A DNA stretch of 64,000 nt from Selaginella moellendorffii (Eukaryota > Plantae > Lycopodiophyta), in assembly GCF_000143415.4 (NCBI RefSeq), contig NW_003314267.1, positions 482,908-546,907 of the forward strand, written 5' to 3'. Within the stretch, counting starts at the first letter, position 1, and the number at the start of each line of letters is the position of its first letter. Shown here one piece after another: positions 1 through 11,170 of this stretch. Below the pieces are notes generated by a model. The model was not told the origin of the DNA. It saw only the letters and a list, made by a program, of their open reading frames with translations, and made no database searches. A program made the position numbers and the translations under genes.

Positions 1-2
1 TT

Positions 3-469
<467 letters not shown>

Positions 470-2077
470 AAACTGCCTGTAAGTCGTGGTTTCTGCTTGC
501 AGTCCTGGTGGTGAGGTTTTTCAGTCTTTCAGGACGTAGGCTGTAGGTTCCTTCTAACAATTTGTGTGCTGCTGCTAGCTTAATGCTGTATGTATTTATA
601 TGCGAGTTAGGCAGAGAGACTTGCACCTGGGTGTGGGGGGCATTGGTGCATTGTTTTAACCATGATCTTTATCTACTTTTTTTTTTTTTTTTGACAGAAG
701 ATGGAAGCCTCATGAAAACTTATAGTTCGAAAAAGGCCGCGCATAAGGCTTCAGGTGTATAAAAGAGTATCCGGGAAAAAGAGGTCTTTGGCTCGTGCCT
801 CGTGAGCTCATATCCCTTTTTGATGCACATAGTTCTCCTTGGGCTAATGTCACTGGTTTTTTTTTTTTTTTTTTCTCCTTCTATCTCCTCTTTCTGCCTT
901 GTGGCTTTTTAAGTTTGACTTCCAGAGCTCGGGCCTTTTGAAGTGGATCGTCCTCGACTCGCCACGATTCACTGGAGGTAAGTGGAGGACGAAAGTTTTC
1001 GTTAGTCTATTTAAGCTGTTGAAATTAATCGTCGGTGTGGTTTCGCTTTTATCAGGATAAAGAATGCTTCGAAAGGACTGTTCTTCGAGAACCTCTAGCT
1101 TACCTTCTTCTCTCGGCTTGAGCGCTATTCACTTTTGTTTTCGGGGTAACTAATGCCTCTTGTTAGCGGCACAATTGTTCTGCCTGAGGTGAATTGAGTG
1201 TTTCCAGGTCTATAGATGCATCATCAAGATCATCAAGTCACGCTTGGTTGAGCATATAATGAAGATAGTGTTGTTTGTGCCAAGTCCTATATCATATTTT
1301 TCTTACAAATCATGGCACTTTCCTATTCAAATACATCTCCGGTATAAATTTCTAAGGTTTTTCAGCACCACTATAGGAGCATCGTCCAGAAGCGGCCGAT
1401 TGGTCATTGTCAAATTTTCAAATAGAGCATATTCTGTCTCAAGTGGATGATTGAAAGGTTACATGTAAGCAAGGCATATTCGTTGCGGCACACGGGTAGC
1501 GTACACGTGGCGGGGATTCTGACACGTCACGGAGAAATCGTCTGGCGCCAGCAATTACACCCGGCCGCCCAAATGCCCGCCCAAAAACCCACGTATTGCG
1601 TGTACTGCCCCTCTGAGAGCGTTTTAGTCGCATTCATCTTAGCAGTGGCCAGGTTTTGTTTTGCACTCTCCACTAGGGAAGAACTCTACTAGGGCGAGGG
1701 TAGGTCTTCTCTTTCTCTCTCCCCTTTTCTCTTTGAGCTAGGGTTTGAGAGAGAGAGAGAGAGAATGGAGAGCGAGAGATCGATCGATGGCGCGGGCCCG
1801 CGCCGCCGCTAGCACGTAGCGCCAAGCCGGTGAGATTCTCCTTGTGGCATCGAAATTTTGATTCAGTCGATTCCTGGTTCGCGGTTGCGGTAATCTTGGA
1901 AAGGAGCTAGGGATCTGCCGCCGCGTCCCGTAGCGCATCTGAAATAATCACTCCCTGGAATGGGGGGTTTTCTAGGTGGGCGGAGGCAGTGTACTTTGGT
2001 CGGAATGATCCCGGCGCTGCCGCTGCTACTGTAGAAGAAGGTGGAGGAATCGCTGCGCGACAGCTGGTTGATTCCCA

Positions 2078-3564
2078 ATGTCGGGCAAAAAGTCGTCGTC
2101 CTCATCGTCTCTCCTGCCGCTCAGGAGCATCCTCCGCGAGTTTCAAGACATCAGAGATGGCATCGGCAGCCTCTCGAGGCGGAGCTTCGAGGTCCGGCTC
2201 CCCTACCACCACAGGTCGAGGTCGCACAGCGTGGTGCTGGACGAGCCGCCGGTGAGGGACGTGGTGGTGCTCCAGCAAAGCAGATGGGCGAGCATGCCCC
2301 CGGAGCTCCTGCGCGATGTGATCCAGCGGCTGGAGTCGAGCGAGCACACTTGGCCCGCCCGCAAGAACGTTGTGGTGTGCGCGGAGGTTTGCAGCCAGTG
2401 GAGAGACATCGCCAAGGAGCTCGTCAAGACGCCCGAGCAGTCGGGGAAGCTGACCTTCCCCATATCGCTCAAACAGGTGAGGTGGTGTTGTTTGGTCTTT
2501 TACTCTACGATTCTGATGGATTTTTCTCGCTTTCTTTCTTTCTGTTTTTTCTTCACAGCCTGGGCCGCGCGATGCTACCATGCAGTGTTTCATCAAGCGA
2601 GACAGGGCAACGTCGACGTATCACTTGTGCTTGGGGCTTTCTCCCAGTAAGAAAAGTCAACTCTTTAATGTTTTTTTGTTCGGTTTCTTACGTACGGAAG
2701 ACTTTGATGCAGGCTTGCAGGAGCACGGGAAGTTTCTCCTGGCAGCACGGAAGGTAAGGCGTGCGACAACCACCGATTACATTATTTCCCTCGATCCGGA
2801 AGATTTCTCGCGGGGAAGCACTTCATACGTTGGGAAATTACGGTAAAGTTTTCATTGTTTTTTGGATGTCATTGTGTCTGATCTTTGTGTCTGTGAACAG
2901 ATCGAATTTTCTCGGTACCAAGTTTACGATTTATGATAGTCAACCTCCACACGTTGGCGCAATGCCTTCCAACAGCAGGGTTGGGAGACGCTTCGGCTCC
3001 AAACAGATATCTCCGCGCGTCCCCTCCGGGAGTTACAACGTGGCGCACATCGCCTACGAGCTAAACGTACTCGGGACGAGGGGGCCGAGGCGAATGCAAG
3101 TTACTATACACTCCATCCCGGCGTCGGCCATGGACCCAGGCGGTGTCGCCCCCACTCCAACGGTATTTGCAAACCCGCTGGAAGACGCCCAGCTTCCGTT
3201 CCCGGTCTCCAAATCCAAGGTCTCGGACTGCAGCACAGCTCCAGTCGTGGTCCCTTACAGCGGCGTGATGAGCAAAGACGGCCCGCTTGTGCTCAAGAAC
3301 AAGGCCCCCAGGTGGCACGATCAACTCCAGTGCTGGTGTCTCAATTTCCGGGGCCGTGTTACAGTGGCCTCTGTGAAGAACTTCCAGCTGGTGGCCGCTC
3401 TGGAGCCGGGGCAACAGGCTCACGCGGACCATGACAAGGTCCTCCTACAGTTTGGGAAGATTGGAAAGGATATGTTCACCATGGACTACAGGTATCCGCT
3501 GTCGGCTTTCCAGGCATTCGGGATTTGCCTCAGCAGCTTTGACACGAAGCTGGCCTGCGAGTGA
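2078..3564 (+). CDS. Tubby-like F-box protein (TLP), 4 exons (approx. 2078-2476, 2539-2646, 2713-2842, 2901-3564)
   Basis: F-box [31 protein letters not shown]; Tubby motifs [39 protein letters not shown] and [27 protein letters not shown]. Confidence 0.96.
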
Positions 3565-4092
3565 TTCTTGGTAGCGGTGGGTGATGCCGCTGGTGATGGT
3601 CTCTTACGAAAATAAGAGAAGGTTTGGAGGGGCATTTCATGCGTTTGATTCGTTGCTGGGGATTGATACAAAGCAGGGAAGGGGAAGATTGGTTGAGGTA
3701 CCTACGTAAAAGCTTCAGAGAGCTCAAGGATTGCTTTTACAGGTTGAAGAAGCTGCGAAAAGTGTTGGGTGGTCCGACTGGTAGGTGATGTTCGTTCGTT
3801 CTTTCGAAGATTTGGATTTCCAGCTTCTTTTGCGAAGGAAAAGAGAAGAAAAAACGAAAGAAAAAAAGAGCTCGCTCGTAGACTTTGGGAGTTAAGAACC
3901 TTGAGAAATTTTTTTCCGAGGGTGGGGAAGTTCTAAAAGTTAATATAATGTACAATGTATTTTTAAAGGTGGGAAAAGTGCCTGTTTGGGACAGGAGTCC
4001 AACAGAACCCCGTGTCGGGAATATGCTCTGGGGTAAAGTGAAAGGTAAAGGGTGAAATGTAAATAAAGGGGGGGTGAGGTAAACGCATTTTC

Positions 4093-4098
4093 CACGTG
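4093..4098 (+). promoter_or_regulatory. G-box (CACGTG) upstream of the JAZ gene; candidate MYC/bHLH site
   Basis: CACGTG lies ~550 bp upstream of the JAZ ATG; JAZ promoters are known MYC2/G-box targets. A single hexamer is weak evidence. Confidence 0.35.
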
Positions 4099-4647
4099 CT
4101 GTTTAGTGAACCTCGTGGTTTTTAAAACTTTCCCTCCGTGGAGTGGAATAGCGGCTAGGTCGTGATTCCTCGTCTCCCGTCCGGAAGAAGGACGGTAGAA
4201 ATAGCCAAGGGGTTTAGTTGTATAAGCAATCTTGGATTAGGGATCTTGGTTGGTCTTAGTAGTGTGGGCGGTGGAGTAGTCGTGGAAACAGGCTAGCAAG
4301 CGTGTGGAAGGAAGCGTGCAGCTTCGAAAAAAGAGGCGCTCTTCTTTCTCCTCCTTTCTTGTGTGCTCCTCTTCTCGATTTAAGGCGCGTCGACCAGCGC
4401 CGGAGGGCTAGAGCGAGTTCTTGGCTGGGATCTTTGTGTCGTTTGGTGGATTCTTGACGATCTTGGGAGGAATCGCGGCTTTTCTTGGCGATCTTGAGAG
4501 GAATCGCGGCTTCTTGGCGATCTTGATCGCTGCATTTGAGAGATCGAGGGGGCTTGTGCGATATTTCGGGTGCCGATGTGCTGGTGGGACGTCTAGAGCG
4601 CGTGTTTCTGGTCTATTGTCCGAGGTAGCTTGGCAGTCGATCGCGCA

Positions 4648-5793
4648 ATGGCGGCGGGACACAACGAGACGGAGCTCGTCCGCACGCTCAAGCAGATCAT
4701 CGAGCTGCGGGGCTTGAAGCAGCAGAGGCGATCGTCGGCTGCCACGGACACCGTGACGCTGTTTGGAAAGAAGCTCTCGGTCGGTGGCGGCGGCGGTTCT
4801 TCCTTGGAGGAATCCTCCACCGACAAGATACAACTCTCCGAGAAGCTTCCGCCCAGTGCCATCGTGCATCTCAAGGAGCTTTATGAGCAGCGTCTCAAGC
4901 GAAAAGGTAGGAAGCGTGAAAGATCAAAAGAGAGAGAGAGAGAAAGAGTTCCATTCCATCTATCATTCTTTGCTGATTTGTTCTTTGGTCTCAATGCAGC
5001 CGCGCCGTGTCACAGCGCGCGCTCCGCCGAGAATGGGGACGCGTTGACGCTGCCTTTGTTGGGCTCGATCCAGGACGTCGGTATCAAGCGACAGCGGATT
5101 GGTGTCCAGGCAGCAGCAGCGACCGAGGACGTGAGGCCCATCTTTTACGAAATCCAGAGCGATCTCGCCGCGGAAAAAGAGAGGTAAGATCGATCAAGAG
5201 AGTTTTAGAGACCACCACTCATATCTTTCCTTTGGATCTTTTGTTCTTCTTTGCAGAGCCGAGGTGGCAAAAGGGGCTCCTCTCACACTCTTTTACAATG
5301 GGATGGTCTATGTCTTTGACGACGTCACGGACGATATGGCCCAGGCGATTATGATCTTGGCAGGAAATGCGACGTGCTCGTCGGCCTCCCACACCGAAAA
5401 GTTCCTCGCGAGCGCCGCAAAGGACGCCAAGCCCGCTGCCGCCATGCCTTCCTTTACTCGTAAGTTTTGGATTCTTCGTTTCTTTGGCTGTCGTTCTTAC
5501 TGGGCCGTGATGTTTTTACAGTGGCGGATCTCCCACAGGCGAGGAAGGCTTCTCTTCACAGATTCCTCGAGAAGCGAAAGGACAGGTATGTGAGTAGACA
5601 ACTTGGATTTGCACAGATCTAGTGCTGAGTGTTTTCGTTTTTTTTTCTTGGGATCCTCAGACTCTTTGCGAAGTCTGACAAGGAGAGCGTCTCGTCTTCC
5701 AAGCCCAAGACTCCGCCCCGTTCGCCACCGAGGAAGCAGCACCACCTTCTTCGGGAGATGATCCAACCGCCGTCTTTTCTCCAAATCTACTAA
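4648..5793 (+). CDS. JAZ: JAZ/TIFY-family jasmonate repressor, 5 exons (approx. 4648-4906, 5000-5183, 5258-5459, 5522-5585, 5661-5793)
   Basis: TIFY/ZIM domain APLTLFYNGMVYVFDDVTDDMAQAIMILAG; Jas motif ADLPQARKASLHRFLEKRKDR split by the conserved Jas intron; GT-AG junctions keep the frame. Confidence 0.92.
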
Positions 5794-6199
5794 AAAATCG
5801 AGGCCAAGCTCTCGATCGATCGATCGACTATCAGACAATTTTGATTCGTGCTTTTTCTTTTCTCTTTTCTTCTTCTGTTTGACACTTGTGATTGTGAATA
5901 TGACCAAAACACACACTTAGCATACGCAATTCTTTCATGGAATAAAGAAAAGATGGTCGAAGCTAATAAATACACTCTTGACACGCTGACAAGGCCCAGG
6001 AAAGAAAATGTCTCTTCTCATAAAAGAACGGTGGCAGTGAAACACTTCCACGTTTGTTTCTGTAAACTAAAGGGGCCTTGGAACAAACGCGCCACCGCTT
6101 TTTAGCGTGTCACGGACGCTCCAAAAAACGTGTTTCAAGTCTTGTGCCGGCCATTATCATCGAGAAATCCGAAAGATGATGCGCACGAAATCACAATCA

Positions 6200-6970
6200 C
6201 TCGAGTAAGGACTTGACCCCCACCGAGCGACCATCATCATCGTCACTGTCTCCTTCGCTGCGAGAAAAAACTCGCGCTCCCAGTTTTTCCTGTTCGCTTT
6301 TCCGGAAAGGAGCAAACGATCACATACACAAATTGACCAGCTCCAAGGTTGCGATCCGGTTTACGCTACCTTTGGAGCTGCTGCCTCGAATGTTCCTGGG
6401 AATGTGATCGCTGGCCTTCTATCGCGAGTTTGTCAACCAAGTTGTCCTCGAGAAGTTTTGTCTCGGCTGCAACTCTGATCTCGTGCTGGCTCGCAGTGAA
6501 AAGAGGTAAAGAAAGAACAAAGGGAGGTTACAAAGTCAAGAAAGCTTGCCTCCGAGGAAGGAAAATGAGTGCCTCTCGGCGGCTGGCGAGTTGGTATCCC
6601 CCTGGTTGATGCACAGCAGCGAGAAACATAAACTTCTCAAACAGAGAAGAAACGCCTCGCGCTTTGCGGCGATTATTTGCGATTTCTCACGAGCTGGCAT
6701 CGTGGCGAAAATCTCGGCAATGGCGACCTGTGCACCGCCCGACTGACCACCTGCAATGTGAAAAACGCCGCAAAGTTTAGTGGCAGTTAGGAGGGAATAG
6801 TGTAAACAAAGCGAGCCCACGTTTTGTTTGCCTGCGTCTTACCTTTGCTTACCGTAGAAATCCAGCAAGGAGGTAGTACCACGGGACTGAACAGAGGGAG
6901 ACACTTTAGCTTTAAAGGTGGAAAGAGAACCACTCAAATCCAGCTTTGAAGAGTCCTGCTCTTCCAACAT
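6200..6970 (-). CDS. Hypothetical multi-exon gene of unknown function; 3' structure uncertain
   Basis: ATG at 6970 opens MLEEQDSSKLDLSGSLSTFKAKVSPSVQSRGTTSLLDFYG, spliced (GTAAG..TGCAG) in frame to GQSGGAQVAIAEIFATMPAREKSQIIAAKRE. Later exons would need GC donors. No family recognised. Confidence 0.4.
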
Positions 6971-7072
6971 AGCGTGAGGGAGAAAGAGATGCGAGAAAGC
7001 GATGGCAAACTAATTTATAACGAGCGCGAGAGATATGTTACCGAACGTTTCAAGTCTAGCCGAAAGGAGTTT

Positions 7073-7870
7073 TTAAGTATAAGTGGCGTGTGATCGAGTG
7101 TGGATGATCCCGTGGAGATAGCCACCGGTCATGATAAATGAGAGTAGCGCGACGATCCCAGCGGGGAAAAGCTTGCCAGTTTTCTGGAAGCGGTTGCCCA
7201 TGGCAACTAGAAGAAGAGCTGAAACTCCTGGGATGAAAACCAAAAAAAAAAAAAGCAACCGTTGTCAAGTCAGAGGGAGGAGCAGAAGTGCTCGAGTCAG
7301 TCAGTCACACATCCACATCCAACAGGAATTTGGAATCGCCAGCAATGCTACTCAAGCTGCGAAATCATCGGAAGTCTTAAGAACAGTATCAAAGAAAAAG
7401 TCAGTCGTCTCACACAATGATCTCACAAAATCGTGGCGAGCGAGTGACAAGCACGAAGATTCAAAGAAGCAATCTATACCTTTCAGCCAAACCAGGTAAG
7501 CAAGGATGACAAAACAAAACCAGCTTTCGAAGTCGAAGCCCAAGTCTTCCATGGAACAGAAAGTGGAGAGACTAATAGCCAGGAAATGGCGAGAGTTCTT
7601 CGATCTTCTTACCAAGTCCGAGCGACGAAGCCACCACTGGATTCACAGGTAGCTGCGTGTGTACATACACCAAGAGACAAGACGAGACTATTCCAGACAC
7701 CAAGGACATGGCGCTCCTCCTCTTCAAATAGCCGATAATGCCGCCCACTGCGCGAAACAAGAACAAAAACCGATCAAATGCCGACGCGATCGACCGATCC
7801 ATCCCTCGATCGCTTGCCTACCTCCAACGATTGCCGCATAGGCGAGCGTGAGCCTCTGGGATAACAGCAT
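7073..7870 (-). CDS. TMEM14 / FATTY ACID EXPORT family membrane protein (FAX7-like), 3 exons
   Basis: MLLSQRLTLAYAAIVG|GGIIGYLKRRSAMSLVSG..LPVNPVVASSLGL|GVSALLLVAMGNRFQKTGKLFPAGIVALLSFIMTGGYLHGII matches the TMEM14 pattern (GG.MGY.K..S..SL..G; M..R...T.K..PAG). Confidence 0.88.
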
Positions 7871-7950
7871 CAGGAATTTAGGGTTTATGGGCGAGAAGAA
7901 ATTAGGGTTTTAAGGATTCTAGGTTTCTGGTTTCTTTGCGGCGGCGCGTC
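7871..7950. promoter_or_regulatory. 80-bp head-to-head intergenic region with two telo-boxes (TAGGGTTT)
   Basis: Divergent ATGs at 7870 (-) and 7951 (+); TTAGGGTTT at ~7878 and ~7902. Telo-boxes are typical of plant ribosomal-protein promoters and 5' UTRs. Confidence 0.65.
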
Positions 7951-8431
7951 ATGAAGGTAGTCGCGGCGTACCTCCTGGCGATGCTCGCTGGAAACGGCGC
8001 GCCATCGCCCGACGATGTCAAGGGAATCCTCGCCTCAGGTACGAGAGCTGAAGATCGATCGAGTTTGTTGTGTTTTGAGACGCGAAAATCCCTCTTTCAG
8101 TGGGCGCCGATGTGGAGGAGGATAGGCTCGACCTGTTCTACAAGCTGGTGGAGGGCAAGGACGTGAACGAGCTGCTCCAGCTGGGGAGCCAGAAATTTGC
8201 TTCCGGGGGTGGAGGCGGTGGCGGAGCAGTGATGGCCGCCAGTGGGGGAGGTGGCGGTGCCGCAGCGACTGGCGGCGCCGCTCCAGCTGCCGAGGAAGAG
8301 AAGAAAGAAGAGAAGGAAGAAAAGGAAGAATCGGATGATGTAAGTGCTTTCCTTTTTGTTTGTGTGTTAGTCGATCGGTCATTTATTTCTTTTTCTTACT
8401 GCAGGACATGGGATTCAGCTTGTTCGACTGA
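7951..8431 (+). CDS. RPP2: 60S acidic ribosomal protein P2, 3 exons (approx. 7951-8038, 8101-8339, 8405-8431)
   Basis: MKVVAAYLLAMLAGNGAPSPDDVKGILAS|VGADVEEDRL..VEGKDVNELL..G..KFAS, Ala/Gly hinge, then EEKEESDD|DMGFSLFD*. Confidence 0.97.
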
Positions 8432-9974
8432 GAAAGCTTTTTTTGTATACTTCCTAGATGGAAAATTCGAAGCTCATAAGTTTTACTACTTCTACAGCTA
8501 GCGATAAGTTCTATGGACTGCTTGGCTGGGATGATAGAGCTTGTATGAGTGCCTGTTTTTACTTGGGAGGGCTTGGATGTGAGCCTGGAAAAGTGGAAAA
8601 GGAATTCTACTACACAATAGTGTGAAGGATTCAAAGAGTGATAAATTATAGGGCCTTATACTAGAGGAGAAGTTATACTAGATGGTTAGGCCACATCGTT
8701 CATTGAGTGTGAAAAAGTATGGAGTGTTTGTTCTTTGAGATCACGTTTTAAGTCTGGTTTACTGTGGAGTGATTTATGTGGTGGGATTCCATTGCCAATA
8801 TTATGCTAGAAATAAAACATTTTGATCAGAATCTATGCAATTTTCTAAGACACTCATGCTTCAATATCCTTTTGGAATATACAATTTTATATTTGAAATT
8901 TGATTACCCCAAACTTCATACCAAAGTGAATGTGATAATTTCTCATAACTATATTAAATTTGAAATTGCCCAGCATAAGTTAGAGTTTGAAAGAGGTTTG
9001 AGTTGAGGAGTTGGTTTTTGTTAAGATGAAGATTTGCATATGATAATTATCATTTATTGGGCAATTGTAATGTATGTAATCATGAAATAAGATTTGGATA
9101 TATTATTATAATGGATTTTTGAAAAACTTTAGGGGATGAATAAAGATAAAATAATCATAAAGAAGTAATTACCCCTTTTCCAATTAACTTAAGGACAAAT
9201 AGGGACAAATAACCTGAATTCTTTTTTGCCACTTTCCTAATGAAGCAATCTTTAAAAGTTTCAGATTTTCCTATAAGCAAACCTTTAATAAATACATGAA
9301 TACTTGGGGAGTAAAACAATTAATGATGATGCAACTTTGATACAAAAAAACATCATAAACTAGCCTATTCTACAAAATCTTTGATGCTCAAGTTCTTCTC
9401 CTAGCCTATGCTATAAAATTTTTGATACTCAAGTTCTTCACCACCTTTCTTGTGAGGCCAGGGCAGTCCCAAAAGTATAATAAGGAGAGTGTGGGGGTTG
9501 GACTTCAGTGAAACTAGTTTTGCTAAAAAAGGCTACACCCACATGGGGGTTGATGATATAATCATTGAGGAATTCAAGATTAAAATGAACACGAATGAAT
9601 AAGTGGGATAATTTAGTGAAGTATTCAAGACTTGACTCTAACTCCCCCAAAAGATTGAATGGTTAATGTTCTCAATTCAAGTATGGGTGGTATTACCTAC
9701 TTGAACACTTAGCGTGGCTCACTAGAACCTCACTCTAGCCATATGGCTAAGGCACTTAGAAGCAAAAAGTGGAGGGAGTATCCATGAGGTTTATATTAAG
9801 CTATGGTGTTTCAAATATCATCCCAAAATTTTGAACTGTGGAAAAAAAGAGGAGTAGTCTTTTTGTAAAGTGACCAAGGATAATCACATGATAAGAAAGT
9901 CCCAAAGTTCAATGGGATTTAGTAGTCAAGCCCTAACCTAATGGCAATGTTGGCAAGCATAGATATGAATGAAG

Positions 9975-10060
9975 AGAAACTTAGTGGGGACCGAAGAAAA
10001 GGTATTAAGGAAGGGTGTTCTTCATGTCCCTAGGCATCCTAAAGATCGTAAGGTGTCTAG
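9975..10060 (+). mobile_element. Degenerate dispersed repeat, probably a retroelement relic; an inverted homologue lies at ~62200-62272
   Basis: aacttagtggggaccgaagaaaaggtattaaggaagggtgttcttcatgtccctaggcatcctaaag aligns by eye with the reverse complement of 62205-62271 (aacttagtggggattgaaaaaaggatattaagaagggtgttctctatgtctcttgacatcctaagg). Confidence 0.55.
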
Positions 10061-10373
10061 GATTGATGAGGAGGACTCGGGTTCCAACTCCAAGTTTGCA
10101 ATGGAGCTTGTTGCAAACAGTACCATGAGACAGATAATGGAGCACGTGATGAGGGTGCTTCTTTACCATGATCACCATTCAGCACAGGTTTTCATCATCA
10201 ACTTCTATATGGATAGGCCCAATGAACAATAGCACACTGTGGTTCCTGTTAGTGACTTGGTCATTTTAGTCATGGGATGACCACTCATAGACATCTATGG
10301 CCTAGTTTTGGGAAATAGGACTATGGTATAGGTGGTTTTAGGCTATTAATAAAATAGAGATGAATGAATATAA

Positions 10374-10503
10374 CTTTAGCATAATATGTTGATATGTAAA
10401 TAGTACCTTTGGGTGTCTATTATAAAATCAGACATGTGCTTTAGCATAATATGTTGATATGTAAATGGTACCTTTGGGTGTCTATTATAAAATCAGACAT
10501 GTG
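10374..10503. repeat. Tandem duplication of a 65-bp unit
   Basis: ctttagcataatatgttgatatgtaaat(a/g)gtacctttgggtgtctattataaaatcagacatgtg occurs twice with one mismatch. Confidence 0.95.
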
Positions 10504-11092
10504 AAGCACTTGGACTAAGTGCAAAAGTAGAACAGTCTAGAAGCCATTCACAAAGCTAGCAAATCTTCAAGTCTAGAAGAGGATTTATGAAGATTGTGAC
10601 TGAGACCCTTTAAAGTGATCAAAGATGTAGTTAAGTGACTAAAGTAGAATAGAAAAATTAGTTAAATTTTTTAATATATATCAAAACTTAGTCATATAAT
10701 TATGTTTTTATCAATTTTTTTCTTAACTTTATTCTTCCATTATTATTTTGTTTTTATTTGAGAGTTTTAAATAAAAATACTTAAACTTATGTAATAATAT
10801 TTTTTTTACTTTATATGTAAATGCAGTATGTGAAATTATATAAAATAAAATATACTCAAAATGGTTGTATATTTTCCAAACCAATACAAACCACAAAAAG
10901 CAATCCCTTATATATATGGACACAACTAGTCATTTTCCTATCTGCATGACTTACTAATCTATTGGAGTGTATAAGGATTAAAATTATGTTTTAATTAAAT
11001 TTTCTATTTATAATCACACATTTTATTAAAGTAAAGCACGATAAGAAGTTATAACGTTTTTAGCACAGTCTTTTAATTTTGTTGAAGTAAAG

Positions 11093-11094
<2 letters not shown>

Positions 11095-11163
<69 letters not shown>
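11095..11163. repeat. (TA)n microsatellite
   Basis: Uninterrupted run of AT dinucleotides. Confidence 0.98.
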
Positions 11164-11170
<7 letters not shown>

